A stretch of 55,291 nucleotides of DNA from Octopus bimaculoides (GCF_001194135.2 NC_068991.1:51668446-51723736); one strand, 5' to 3'; positions 34,400 to 48,768 are shown, numbered from the stretch's first letter. Numbers and translations are program-made. Notes: generated from the letters alone by a model not told the origin.

Positions 34400-34800
34400 A
34401 GCTATCCTCAGCTACTACTACAGCCTCAAGATGTATGCCGCATTGTGTCTCTTGAAAGATTTGGAAACACCTCCTTGACCTTGACCACCAGCTCAGCCTT
34501 GGTGTTGCAGGCAGAGCAGTTTGTGTTTTGCTCAACTGTGCCCTTGGGATTACAATCGGAGGAACTAGGAGGCCAGAAATTGGAGCTGGTGAAGTTGTGG
34601 AAATTCTCTACCAACCACTTCCGACTCTTTCTAGAGGAATGTCATGGAGCCAAATCTTGCTGCTACACATATGGCCTTCTGGAAGCAACTCTCTCCAACC
34701 AGTGTTGGACCACAGTCTCTAGCAGTTTCACATAGACATATGAATTTGGCCTAAAGCCCTGTTCATCAGTTGCTGGAAGAATTAGGGCATGCAGATGCAA
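34400..34800 (-). mobile_element. Tc1/mariner (maT/DD37D-like) transposase pseudogene fragment
   Basis: VKLLETVVQHWLERVASRRPYV*QQDLAP*HSSRKSRKW and NFWPPSSSDCNP; stops present. Confidence 0.8.
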
Positions 34801-36299
34801 TCAGAATGCCTGTTGTGTCCCTGCTGGCCACAACTTTGCAGTCTGTTGCAGCTGTCCATGATGCTAATATTTTGATACCCAGTGTAAATCATCATGATAC
34901 AAGTAATTCTTTTCCCTTATTCAGATGGCTTCCAGTCCTCCATTTCAGCTATCTTTTTCTCAACTACAATTTTCATCTTTGTGCTTTCTAGCTTCACCAA
35001 TACATCAAGCTATTCCTGAAAAAAGGAGACATAAAAATTTCGCCCAAACACCCTGTATATGTATCATACAATTAATAACAGTTTGGCTCCACATCAATGT
35101 TTCATGGATGTATGCAACATCAATCTCATCAGATGTTCACAGCAAGTGAGCAGAATTTAGAAGTAATTTTAAATAGCCTCTTGATATTTAAGCCTTCATT
35201 GATCAGTTCAGGTCATGTGATTGTTTAAGCTATCAAAGCAATATCAGTTATTTTTATCTTTGATTCACATGTGAATGGAATGTTTGTATGATGTTGTCAG
35301 CATTTGTAGGTTGATATATTCAACAATATCAGTTCTTTATATTGGATACACACAGAGTAAGGTTACATAAGGTATAGGTATCAGTTAGTCACCATTCTCT
35401 AGAGTATGGTACCTAAGTGATAACAGTTATCACATTGTGGGTGGGAGTTCAATTTGATGTTGTTAGGTTACAAATGAGTTTGACTGACTGACATGAGTAG
35501 ATTGTAATCTCTATAGGTAGTGGAAATTGTAAACCCTGCTATTACGTGGAGGCAACTAGGCCTATGTTGGTATATCTGAGTTATCAAAGACTTAAAGTTT
35601 ATTAACAGGGGATACCTCAGGTGGCAACAGTAAGATAGGCCAGGTTTCCTATTGATAGATACTGTAGAGTGGTGAAGTATGTCCTAGGAAACCACATACA
35701 TGTTCAGACTCATTTGTATGTACATATATATGCTCATACATGTATGCTCACTTAATTGCTCATATGTATATTTAGAGGCTAACTTGTATTGACTCATATG
35801 CATCTACATATGTATATAGACTCACTTGTATATTCACACACACACACATAAATCAATATGCATTAGATCAACATACTTAGTAGTGAGAGGCACATTGATG
35901 TCCACAAAACAAGGCTCAGTCACTATTACTCAACAACATTGCCCCATCTTTCAGTTATCATGCTTTACTGGAACAAAACTGAAGCTGTTCACTAACTATA
36001 CTACCACTTAAGACTTGTCACAACATGTAGAAAATATATTCGCCATTTTGTATTTTCATTAAAATGAAACAATTTCTTCCATTTTATTCTCTCAGTCACT
36101 CTTATACATACATTGAATATTATTCATGACATACTAACCCTACTGATATACAACAAAAGTGTTGATTTTATATTTTCTACAAATTTATACCCATTCTTTT
36201 CTTGCATACAAAGCCATTTCTCAGTTATCATTAGAGTTGAATGCAATAAAGAAGGAGCTAATTAGTAAGCTACTAATTAGTAGGCAACTAATCAAGTTT

Positions 36300-37000
36300 C
36301 AATCAACTTGGTTTGACTCAGTTTCATTCTTTTAGATTCTGCACAGAGAACCAGGTTATTAATGTGTGGACATTCTTATCGAGAGATTTTATTTAAACTC
36401 CACAATAATAACTGACGAAGGTTGAGAGCTGAAATTTAGTGAACACTTGACATAAAACTAAATTCATAACTGAAATCAGTCTCAATCCTGATTGTGCTAT
36501 GAACATCTTACACCTTGTTTATGAAACTTCAAGCCATCATATTCAATCTAGAACTTTCTCTTGATAAACAGCTACAACCTTAATCTTTGTGATCTCTAAC
36601 TGTTCACCAAACTCAAACTACAACCCTTCCAATTTCATACCATTTTGTATTAAATTTGAGATAACTAACTTTTTTCTTCCATTCTTGGTTTATTGAGACT
36701 CTTAATAATATTACTTTTCTAACACATCTTTTCTCCTGTAACACCTCGCAAAGGTTCTTGCATGTCAATTAACAATGGGTGTATTTATTTTCTTGCTTAG
36801 TTTTACAGAGATGTATTCAGAAACAGAGATACAGCAAGCTGAGGCTTCCTAGATTTCAACAACTATTCCTGAAATACCAGCTGTTTCCATTATCTTCATT
36901 CTGTTAATTACACAATTGGTTCTTTTAGTATTCAATAGAATCTCACTATCCCACTTCTATGGTTTTTCTTTTCACTATGAATAAATGCTTCTTCATTCCA
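36300..37000 (-). mobile_element. Highly decayed RTE-like RT fragment
   Basis: SVH*ISAL..ECP..NNLVLCAES resembles GVHQGSAL..CPWELLYADDLVL.AES. Confidence 0.35.
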
Positions 37001-37229
37001 GATGCATTTCTATCCAGAGAGCTTTGGACGAGCTGTTTTTGTTTGGTTTCCTTTGAGTTTGTTAAACTTTTAACCAACATTCATATTCTTTCAAAAGAAA
37101 TTAAAAGGCCCCTTATGTATAACAACATAAACTCTTTTTTGTGTAATATTGTTTGTATATAGGACTTTTTGAATTCAAGGAACCTGACTGTTGTTAACTA
37201 TAATGCAAATTATATTCTTTTCTACTCTA

Positions 37230-38240
37230 AGCACAAGGCCCGAAATTTTGGGGGAGGGGGCCAGTCAATTAGATCGACCTCAGTATGCAACTGGTACTTA
37301 ATTTATTGACTCCGAAAGGATGAAAGGCAAAGTCGACCTCGGCAGAATTTGAACTCAGAATGCAAAGACAGACAAAATACCGCTAAGCATTTTACCCAGT
37401 GTGCTAACATTTCTGCCAGCTCGCTACAAATTATATTCTTTTCTAATCTAGACACAAGGCCCGAAATTTTGGGGGAGAGGGCCAGTCAATTAGATCGACC
37501 CAGTATGCAACCGGTACTTAATCTATCAACCTCGAAATTATATTAAAACAAGTTTGAGTTAATGAAATATTCATAATGACTCATAACAAAACATGAATAT
37601 AATCCTTACAGATTTTATATAGATAATTGAATATTTTATTTCAGTGAGGCTTGAGAAATATGTGAATAGATTTAATAGATGAATATTGAAATCACAGGAT
37701 AGATTATTTGTTAATAGGCAGGTTAAAATTGGTTGAGGTGGACTAAAGAAAACCATTTTAGAAGCCATGCATGAAGTGTTCAAATTTAAGAATAAAGGTA
37801 AATTTAACCATAGAAGGATTTATTTCAAGAAACATTTTAAAATATAGTTTTAAATTTTTAAAAAATCCAAAATATTTCACATAAAATGCCATGAAAACTT
37901 TACAGTAAAATTTCTGTATCTATTTAACAACACAGAAAATTGGCCAATGAAAAATATTTTGAAAATTAACAGAAAAATTTGTTGAAAGAAGGAAATGAAA
38001 TTAAATATAAACATTTTTACTATTTCCTTCTGAAAATAATGAAAGTAATAATAATAATAATTTCTGAGATAGGCACAAGGCCACACATTTAGGAAAAGAG
38101 AACAGTCAATTAAAGTCAACCCAGTATTTGGCTGGTACTTTATTTTATCAACCTCAGAAGGATGACAGGCAAAGTTGACCTTGATAGGTTTTGAACTCAG
38201 CATGTAACTAAATGCTGTAAAGCATTTTGTCTGATTCTTC
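37230..38240 (-). mobile_element. Family B SINE copies (37230-37530 tandem pair; 38068-38240)
   Basis: ggtacttaatttatt..ccgaaaggatgaaaggcaaagtcgacc..gaatttgaactcag. Confidence 0.8.
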
Positions 38241-40579
38241 TTACTAATTCAACCAACCCACAGCCATCAGGAATAATATCAATGATAATAATAAAGCAAA
38301 AACTTTTGAATGGGATAAGAAGATTCAATTAGTTTTCCATATTACTTTCCACACTTTTAGAATGTTAAAAAAAAAAACTTTGAATAAAGAAAACATTTAG
38401 TGAAGGCACCAAAGGTAAAATGGTAACCGCCAACATTGAAAACAGAATTTTAAAAGTAATTTTGGAAACTTACCAGAAAAATTATATAATAGTGTATAAA
38501 ATATAAAATTGGTGAGTTATCATAAAAAAAACCATATATTCATATAATTGAGCTGAATTTCAATCATAAAATTGGAAAATGGTATGGAAAAATCACAATT
38601 GTATTTTTGTATTTTAACAGGCAAAAATGAAAAAAAGAAAGAGATAAGATTTTATTTAAATTTGACATTATTGACATTATATTGAAAATATGTAAAATAA
38701 GCGTGATGGTTGAAAATATTTAAAATATCTGTTTCCATGAAGAATATTATGGAATGGTCTGCTTTGAGGAATGAGAAATAATTTCAAGGATCATGCAAAC
38801 CAAAATTATATCAAATGTGGGAAAATATGTTATCAAGTTTTGTTTAGATTTATATGTGGTTGAATCAATACTTTTTTTTTTAAAATATATATTTTAAATA
38901 AAATTAGAACTGAGTTGTAACTAATTCAATTGATATAAAATAATGTCCTAAAGATATTATATTATGATTTTGCCAATATACACTCACCTTTGTACATGTA
39001 TTCAATAACAATATCAAACATTAGAATGAAAAAACAAAATTTATAGTAAATAATTATTTTAAAAATATTTTCATAATTTTAAGTGAATAAATTTTTGCTG
39101 TAAATAATAAAATCGTTTCATATAAAATGATAGTAGAAAAATATAGTGCATTTTATATTGATAAAAACTTATGATTTTAATTATTAATACTAAAAATGCT
39201 GATAAACAAATAACAATTAAAACTAAAAGTTGCTAATATTAAGAGATAGTGTGACAGAAACTTCAGAATTTAATTGCTAAGCAGCATTTAGTTTCATCCT
39301 ACAACACTTACAATTCTAATCCTGCAAAGATTTACCTTCCATTATTTTTGACATCATTAAGTGCCAGACACGTATATTTGATTCCACCGACAATATCCTT
39401 TCCCTGAAACTTTCTGGTTTCATGCAAATATTCAGTGGATGTTTACAAATACATGGAATTTGGTGAAATTGTTGGTAACAAAGCACTAAAATTAAAATAG
39501 TACATAGGGAAATGAGCTGAATACAGCCACCGAGTGGTGACTGAAAGATTTGCTCAATAAAAACTGTACACAGCATGTATCCCCTTGCTCATTATGTGAA
39601 TTGTTTACGAAACCAATCTGTTTCAATTGGACAGAAACTGTCTGCAGAAACTATGGTTGTCAGTTAAATAGAGTCTAATAAAAAATCTAATTAAAAAAAC
39701 ACTGTTCAAAGCTGATATTTCCTTATGTACTATCATAAACTTGATCCTACAACTACTAGAGACTTGTTATTGAGAAATTTAACAGTCCACAGATATGTTA
39801 TCTCCATATTATATGAAAGCTAACATATTTAATATCATGAACCAAAAAGAATTATTAAACAATTGAAAATAATGAGAGGAAATCTCATTAAATTATAATT
39901 CTTGTCAATGAAGACAAAGAAGGTAACTTGATAATTTAAATTGATTAAAAAATAAATGGTGATGACAAAGTACTATAAATTTAGAAACAGCAAAAAAATA
40001 CTTTGCTTCTGTGAATTTATTATTACTGTTTCACACACACACACATAAATATAGAGAAACCCACCCCAGATGCCACGCAGTGGGACTGGACATAAAATTA
40101 TGTGGCTGTGGAACAAACTTCTTAAACATACAAGCATGCCTCCACCTCTCTCTCTCTCTCGCTCTCTCTCTCTCTCCCTCTCTCCTTCTCTCTCCCCCCT
40201 CTCTGTATATTCATATATGTGTGTCAATCTAAGTAAAATCACTGTCTTCTACACATACAAGCTTGTCCTTTCACGTGCCTGTGCCACTTAAAAAGCATCT
40301 GTGCTAGTGCTGTATGAATGGACTCATGACAATGACACATAAAAAGCTCCCAGCACACTCTGTTAAGTGGTTGGCATTAGGAAGGGTATCCAACCATAGA
40401 AACCATGCCACAACTGACAGTTAGAGTCTGGGCAGCTCCCTGCTAGCCAGCTCCATGTCAAACTATCCAACCGATGCTGGCATGGAGACCAGATGTTAAA
40501 CGATGATGATGATATATATACATATGTAATATATATGTGTGTGTTTGTGTGTATATATATATATATATGTAAAATACAT

Positions 40580-40646
<67 letters not shown>

Positions 40647-41189
40647 CATATAGTATGGCAAATGAAAGATGGAAGATGGAACATACAAGAATTTATTAAT
40701 CAAGACAATTGCTTTGACACATCTACCATTGATCCCTCATGAATTGGACATTCAACAACTGGTTCAGGAGCAACCAGCGGCGCAAATGTATCTCATCAGG
40801 TGATAAATAGACACAACTCATTAAAATAACAGTTCCACAATGTAACTTCTTGTTTTGTGCATAAAAAAAGCAGCCAGAAGGAGGAAATATCTTCATTTAC
40901 ATAGAAGATCAAAAATAAAATCACAAATGGAAAAAAGAGAAATGAACACGCAATACAGCAAGAAACATATTAAAAATAACTGTTAATAAATATGGGTGTA
41001 TAAACGCTCTTGGGCAAGCTGCATGGCATGAGTACACCTGCTCATACAAGCATCCACAAAAATGTGAGCACATGTATGTGTAAGGTTTGGTGCACTCATG
41101 ATCACAAAACGAATTAACTATCTACTTGGTGCCTGTAAGAATGGGGAGGTTAAAAGTAAACTGAAGTCATCCATACCTTAAAGTAAATT

Positions 41190-42000
41190 ATGTTAGCAGT
41201 TACTCAAAATACATTTCCACTTCATTGTACAAAAGTACATTTATATGCATGTAGGCATCTCGAGAGTCTTTCAGAAAGTCTCTTAATGATCTTCTCATTA
41301 ATCCACAGAATATACAGGGATTCCTCAGAGCAGAGACAGCATCTCCTGGAAATTATATTGTATGGTTTCGCATGCCATACTATGGACCAAGTTATGCTGT
41401 ACTTCATTTTATCCTCCTTCAGTCACCATACAAAATTGGCCAAAGGTGTTGAATGTCTTTTATTGATTGTCTTAAAGCCGGTGACATGGTTATGATAATG
41501 TATCTTAAATGAATCAGCTGTCTGCCCAATGTAAACATACAGCCCTCCCCTTGTGTGCATGGTACATTCTATATAAGATATTAAAAAAAAGTTATGGAGT
41601 TTAACAGTAGATTTATAAACTACATTATTACATTTGCAGTGACCATTGGGTGAATAAATAGCTTTCACTCTACAGCTACAATGTTTTTATCAAGGTTGGC
41701 AAGGAACAATTCTTAGATACAGGTACAAAATTGCTATCTTTGATATTAGAAGTTTATTATTTCTAACTTTATTTATCCTTATAATTTATGCTGCATATAC
41801 TCTTTTTTATCAACTGTGTTAATATTACTACAATTATTGTTATTATTATTATTATCATCATTATCATAGTCATGATTACCATTATGATCATCAATACTAT
41901 TACAATCTTTATTAGCACCATTATTATTATTGTTGTTGTTGTTTGTGGTACTAGGGTTATTAATATGATCACTCTACCTACTTCAGGACTATCATTATAA
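41190..42000 (-). mobile_element. Penelope-like element GIY-YIG remnant preceded by an (AAT)n-rich tract
   Basis: PNGHCKCNNVVYKSTV..YIGQTADSFKIHYHNH..TPLANFVW*LKE..ITWSIV..AKPYN...RCCLCSEE..RLSRCLH; one internal stop. Confidence 0.85.
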
Positions 42001-42627
42001 TTGATATTATTATATTGTTGTCAGCAGATCAATTATTATTGGTACTAAAATTTTTGGTATGTTTAGAATTTAAAAAAATCTGTGTGCAATTCTTGTTTTG
42101 ACATTTTTTGAAAATGGAACATAATACCAGGTAATATTCCATTCCTCATTTCTTCTAAAATCATTCAATGACAAGTTGCCACAAAAATTTCTAAGATAGC
42201 TAATACCCATATTCCTCAGGTTGAAAGATGTAGATAAGAAATATATTACTGTGGAACAGATTAACAGAACAGAATATGAACTGTTGGTTCAGGAGAATCT
42301 GACTCAGCAAATATTCAACTATCTCACTTATTTGTAAAAATAATTCATGGAGTGCACACAGAACTGTGAGAATCCAAGCAATAACACACCTATTTATTCT
42401 TAATACATTCTGGCAGATTTGAATGTGAATATCTGATCGCTATTGTGTTCCATTGATATAAAGAACTCCTCCTCCTTTTAGATGATGTGTGTTCATAACA
42501 CACATGATTCACCAGTGTAAAGGATTATAAATACATATTGGATTATAAATACATATTGGCTAATGGTAGGAGGTGTTCTTTATTGACAAAAAATGACAGC
42601 CATTGGATATTCCTTAGATATGTTATT

Positions 42628-43140
42628 CATCATCATCATCGTTTAACGTCCTCTTTCCATGCTAGCATGGGTTGGACGATTTGACTGAGGACTGGTGAAC
42701 CAGATAGCTGCACCAGGCTCCAATTTGATCTGGCAGAGTTTCTACAGCTGGATGCCTTTCCTAATGCCAACCACTCTGAAAGTGTAGTGGGTGCTTTTAC
42801 ATGCCACCAGCACAAGGGCCAGTCTGGCGGTACTGGCAATGGCCATGCTCAAATGGGTTTTTTTACGTGCCACCTGCACAGGAGTCAGTCCAGTGGCACT
42901 GACAACGACCTCGCTCGAATGTTTTGTTCACATGCCACCGGCACAAGTGCCAGTAAGGGGACGCTGGTAACGATCACGCTCAAATGGTACTTTTTATGTG
43001 CCACTGGCACGGAAGCCAGACAGCTGCCCTGGCAATGATCCTGCTCGGATGGTGCTGTTAGTGCTCCACTGGCACGTGTGCCAGTCATCGAATTTGGTTC
43101 AATTTCGATTTCACTTGCCCCAACAGGTCTTCGCAAGCAG
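42628..43140 (-). mobile_element. SINE family C (GGCATTAGGAAAGGCATCCAGCTGTAGAAA core, (GAT)n tail, internal short repeats)
   Basis: The core resembles the Meta-SINE central domain; tail gttaaacgatgatgatg. Confidence 0.85.
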
Positions 43141-44339
43141 TGTACAAATTACAAACAAAACATTTATGGGAGGAATCTAGGAAAAGAAAGGAATATTAAA
43201 AAAGAGAGATTTAAAAAACTATTTGACCAACAACTATTACTAGTATTAAAAAGTGCTGTGGTCTTTTAACATATCTGCTATATCTTCAGGTTCTTTACAA
43301 GTGAGGTTTGAATCTATTCTAACATTGATACAAATTTTGATAGAATTTAAAGAAATGTTAGATACAATTTTGAGAAAGTATAGTCAACATCTACATTCAT
43401 CATTTAATGTCCATGTTCCATGCTGATATGGGTTGGATGGTTTGACAGGATCCAATGGGCTGGAGGATTACATTTTACACCAGTGTCTATTTGGCAAGGT
43501 GTCTATGGCTGGATGCCCTTCCTAACACCAACCACTTTACAATGTGTACTGGGTAATTTCTACATACCACCAGCACAAATGAGGTTGTCAAGCAGCTTCA
43601 AAGATTATGAATTGAGTGGGGAGAATAAGGAATAGAAAAGAGTAAAGTATTAGAGAAAAGAACCAGAGCAAAGCAAGTGAGGGTGGGAGTGTGGATGGAA
43701 AGTAATAAAAGTGGTGAACTAAATGCATTCATTAGGAATATTGATTATCTGAAGTGTAACTCAATTATATATGATGTTGGTTAAAATTATTGGTTAGTTT
43801 ACTCTTAAGCAAAATGTGGTAAATTTAGTTATCTATAATTTTATCTCTAGACTATATATGCTTTATTGAGCTCTAGTTCTGAGTCGATAAACAAATAACC
43901 CAACTTGATTACAAGATGAATTGATTGAATTTAATGAGATTATTTGACTATACTGGTAAGATATGTTAGCAGCCACTGAAGGCAGCTTGGGCTTACAAAT
44001 TATTAAATTACATCGAATTCAAATCCATTATATTAACAGGAGTGTAAATATGTGTTGAGTATGAGTAGGTGTTTCTGTAATAAATATTTCATTAAATTAA
44101 AAGCAAATATGAAATACTGGTCTTAAGTGTAATTTTTCAACTGTAATTAACAACAACAGCTAATTAGAATTAATATTTGAACAAAAATTATTTCCAAGGT
44201 ATAAGTTTCTAAAATTCTTAGGATCAGTCTTCTTTTGAACATTTAGTTCTTTAGTATCAATCAGCCTATTATGAGTCTAGTTCAAAAAAAAAAAAAATGA
44301 GTGTGTATCATGAAATATATATATATATATATATATATA

Positions 44340-45330
44340 TTCTTTTATTCTTTTATTTGTTTCAATAATTTGACTGTGACCATGCTAGAGTATCACCTTT
44401 CGTTGGACAAATCAACCTCAGGACTTATTCTTTGTAAGTCTAGTACTTATTCTTTCACTGAACCGCTAAGTTACGGAGATATAAACATCCCAACGTCAGT
44501 TGTCAAGCGATGGTGGGGGGACAAGCACAGACACACAAATACATACATACATACATATATATNNNNNNNNNNNNNNNNNNNNNNNNNNNNNNNNNNNNNN
44601 NNNNNNNNNNNNNNNNNNNNNNNNNNNNNNNNNNNNNNNNNNNNNNNNNNNNNNNNNNNNNNNNNNNNNNNNNNNNNNNNNNNNNNNNNNNNNNNNNNNN
44701 NNNNNNNNNNNNNNNNNNNNNNNNNNNNNNNNNNNNNNNNNNNNNNNNNNNNNNNNNNNNNNNNNNNNNNNNNNNNNNNNNNNNNNNNNNNNNNNNNNNN
44801 NNNNNNNNNNNNNNNNNNNNNNNNNNNNNNNNNNNNNNNNNNNNNNNNNNNNNNNNNNNNNNNNNNNNNNNNNNNNNNNNNNNNNNNNNNNNNNNNNNNN
44901 NNNNNNNNNNNNNNNNNNNNNNNNNNNNNNNNNNNNNNNNNNNNNNNNNNNNNNNNNNNNNNNNNNNNNNNNNNNNNNNNNNNNNNNNNNNNNNNNNNNN
45001 NNNNNNNNNNNNNNNNNNNNNNNNNTATATATGTAGGCATGGCATGGCTATGTGGTAAGAAGCTTGCTTCCCAATCACATGGTTCTGGGTTCAGCCCCAC
45101 TGCGTGGAAACTCGGGTAAGTGTCTTCTACTATAGCCTCAGGCCAATCAAAGCTTTGTGCGTGGATTATCTATGTTTGTCTCCCCATCACCACTGTTGTT
45201 GGTCTTGATGTGCTTACATGCCTGTAACTTAGCAGTTTGGCAAAAGAATAAGTCCTGGGGTCAATTCAATTAACTAAAGGTGGTGCTCCAGCATGGCTGC
45301 AGTCAAATGACTGAAATGAATAAAAGAATA
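44340..45330. mobile_element. Two SINE family A copies either side of an N gap (minus-strand tail 44340-44560; plus-strand copy 45036-45330)
   Basis: Family A tail and head motifs in opposite orientations. Confidence 0.8.
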
Positions 45331-46281
45331 AAAGAAAAGAATATGTGTGTGCATGCATGCATGTGTGTGTGTGTGTGTGTGTGTGTAACGTGTCCCCACA
45401 AAAATGTATACACATTTTAGCTGCTGGTAACTAACTTAATTTTTATTTCCTTTTAGATTTAACACATTTGAAATGATGAAGGCAGCCAGACTAAGTTTTG
45501 AACAACTGAAATTCATCTTGCATTGCAACTGAATGTTTGAAAACACGGTTTAGTCACAGTACAAAGACAGTTTGGAAGTGAGTTTCAAATAGATCCAGCC
45601 ACACCACTTACCATCACTTGAATTAGTGATAAGTTTTGAAACAGATGGGGCATTTCAGAAACCTCCACAAGAAACATTCTGAAAAATGCAGACACCAATG
45701 AGCTCCACAAAGCAAGAATGACTACTGGAAGCATATTGGTAGAGTTTAAGAAAATTTGTGTTGCAAGCAAGTAATGAGATGAGAATATCAAAACCAAGTG
45801 TTATTCACATTTTGAAGCTCTGTCATTAGAAACGTTACATTCCAAGACTAGTCCATATTCTCAATGAAGATGATCCAGACTGAAGAGTGAAGTTTTGCAA
45901 GTGGAACTTGACAAGATGAGTAGAAGATGCACACTTTCCAATAAAGGTTGTTTGGAGTGATGAGGCTACATTTAAATTAAATGGCTCAATTAATTTCCAC
46001 AATTGCACCTACTGAGGCCATGTATTATGGAGGAACATTATGATAATTTATCAGGAGCAGTCATTAAACAAGCATGTGTACAAATACCAAGTGAAATGTT
46101 TCTTGATGTTTGCAATTCCATTGCTTTGTGTTATCAGTTGTGCCTGGACCAGAACAATCACCAGTTTCAATATACACATCTATAAAGATTTATATACACA
46201 TAGGTGGTTGCTTGAGCAATTATATATCATGCACAAACAAGGTCACGTAAACATGATTGTTTATGTTGTTAATGTATGTAC

Positions 46282-46336
<55 letters not shown>

Positions 46337-47308
46337 CATTTATATATATATTACATATACACATACACATTTGTCAGCGTTTGTGTGTGCACATGCACAT
46401 GCATGTGTGCATGCATGTGTGTGTGTGCACATGCATGTGTGCACGTGCATGCATACGTGTGTGTGTGTGTGCATAATATCCTGAAGTTATATGTGTGCAT
46501 CTGTCTGAAATAATATAATTTAAAAGCAAATAACCACACTGAAAATCAACTAGAGAGCCTCAATAAATACTTATCAAAGCCTAGTCTTACAAAGTTTAGA
46601 ATTTCCAAGTGGAAATTAAACATCACCAATAAACCAACATCAGTTGAACATACTCACCTAACTCATACACAAGCATTATTTTGTGAACCCTGAAATGCAA
46701 CTTTCTATACAAAGATCTCATGATCTGAATCTGACATGCCTGAATTGGATACATCAGTATACAAAGTTAATTCCATACTTGATTGAAATCTAAATAATAG
46801 TACAATTCCACTTATGGTCAAACAAAATCTTGCAACAATAATTTTTCTATTAACCTATATCCTACAACCATACTTTCCTTCTATCTTCTTCTATCCTATT
46901 TACTAATCATTTTTCAGACTTACACATAGCATCCTGACCATGGTTTCATATAGGTCCATCTACCCCAGAAAAACAATTGACCAGTGACTATACAAAGCTA
47001 AAAGGAATCTAAATGTAGAACAATTTAATGAAGGCTAGGAGGTCAAAATTTCAAAGTCACTGTTTCCTACTCGTAAGAGTTTAATAACATGTTCTCTACT
47101 AAAAAGTATTGAGAAATTCTTCAATTTAATGTTAAATTGTTTTATATTATATAAATTAACATAAAAATAAATATTAAAATAAACATTAAAAAATATATAT
47201 ATATTAATAATAATAATATGACAACAAAAGAATGAATGAGACCTCAATATTATGTAAAATAGAGGAATTTATTTATAAATATAATAGTTGACAATTAGTT
47301 GGTTGTCA

Positions 47309-47371
47309 TAATAAAACTCAGAGTTTCTGATACCGGGGCTGAAGCCTGCTCCGGCATCTCATCAGTTATTA
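47309..47371 (-). ncRNA. Type-I hammerhead ribozyme motif (left arm of a palindrome)
   Basis: Minus strand reads TAATAA-CTGATGA-GATGCCGG..CCGGTATC-A-GAA-ACTCTGAGT-T-TTATTA: 6-bp stem I, 8-bp stem II, near-palindromic stem III, GUU site and one extra A before G12. Confidence 0.7.
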
Positions 47372-47400
47372 AGACAAAATGCTAAGATAGCGCTTTGTCT

Positions 47401-47457
47401 TAATAACTGATGAGATGCCTTAGCAGGCTTCAGTATCCAAAACTCTGAATTTTATTA
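47401..47457 (+). ncRNA. Degenerate hammerhead copy (right arm of the same palindrome)
   Basis: TAATAA-CTGATGA-GATGCC...GTATC-C-AAAA-CTCTGAA-TT-TTATTA; GAAA changed to AAAA and stem II partly deleted. Confidence 0.55.
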
Positions 47458-47720
47458 TGACAACCAAATAAATTCTCACATNNNNNNNNNNNNNNNNNNN
47501 NNNNNNNNNNNNNNNNNNNNNNNNNNNNNNNNNNNNNNNNNNNNNNNNNNNNNNNNNNNNNNNNNNNNNNNNNNNNNNNNNNNNNNNNNNNNNNNNNNNN
47601 NNNNNNNNNNNNNNNNNNNNNNNNNNNNNNNNNNNNNNNNNNNNNNNNNNNNNNNNNNNNNNNNNNNNNNNNNNNNNNNNNNNNNNNNNNNNNNNNNNNN
47701 NNNNNNNNNNNNNNNNNATA

Positions 47721-47756
<36 letters not shown>

Positions 47757-48047
47757 TAAATACATTATAATATTTTATCAATAATGTTGAAAAACAACAA
47801 AAACATCTGCTCATGGTGAGACTCTATAAAATAAAGAAAGTTTAATTTTGACTGGGACCTGAGGTATTTCTCTTAGAAAAGCCAGTAAAGCAGAAGTCTG
47901 AGGTCTCAGTTAAATCAAGATATACATACATAAATTCATGCATAGATACATATGTGCATAAATATATGCATTAATATATACATACGTGTGTACATAAATA
48001 TGTGTGTGTATATATACATGTGTGTGTGTGTGTGTAAGTAAATGTAA

Positions 48048-48140
48048 GGAAAGCGAGTTGGACAGATCAATATATAAATTATATTAAATATATTTAACAT
48101 TTAATATGCTTCATATATTGATCTGTCTAACCTGCTCTCC
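48048..48140. repeat. Short fold-back / MITE-like hairpin
   Basis: gttggacagatcaatatat / atatattgatctgtctaac plus inner atattaaat / atttaatat. Confidence 0.6.
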
Positions 48141-48768
48141 CTATATTTATTTCTAGACCCGCTCAAGTTTAAATCTCTTGAACACTACAAAGTGTATTCT
48201 ATACAGAGAGAACATTTAGATCTCATCTATGAAGCATACATACATATATATGTATATACACATTCATGTATTAATGAGTCTAATGTAGTGCCCTATTGGC
48301 CCAGCCATCTCGTGCTGGAAAGTTATTGTTTCCACAATACTACCAGGTTTCAAATAAACTGAGACCGTCAGAAACAGAAAAAAAATAACTTAATTTGAGG
48401 AAATATTTTGTGGTCAGTCAAGTCTATTATAAATATTTGCTTTATTAAATAGAATAAATCATGAAAGAAAATAAATAAATAAATTGAAATTGAATAATGT
48501 TTAAAATGTGTAAGGAACAAAATGTTTAGGAAGTCAGGAACGAAAAAGTTTTGCATTTGCATCTGAACCATTATATCTGCATGTTGCAGATAGTTTTCTT
48601 TATGATACATAAATCTATGTGAATGTAACTGTATGTGTATGTATGTGTATGTATATGAATGTGTATGTGTATGTGTATGTGTATGTATGTGTATGTATGT
48701 GTATGTGTATGTAAGTATGTGTATGTATGTATGTGTGTATGTTTGTGTATGAATACACACACACATAC

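Noticed and set aside
39335-39402. Possible minus-strand exon (GKDIVGGIKYTCLALNDVKNNG) with AG/GT ends
   Set aside because: Poor pyrimidine tract, no recognisable homology and no partner exons found.
42200-42330. 38-codon open stretch after a cctcag acceptor
   Set aside because: No homology; the opposite strand nearby shows a GGGVLYI LINE-endonuclease-like remnant.
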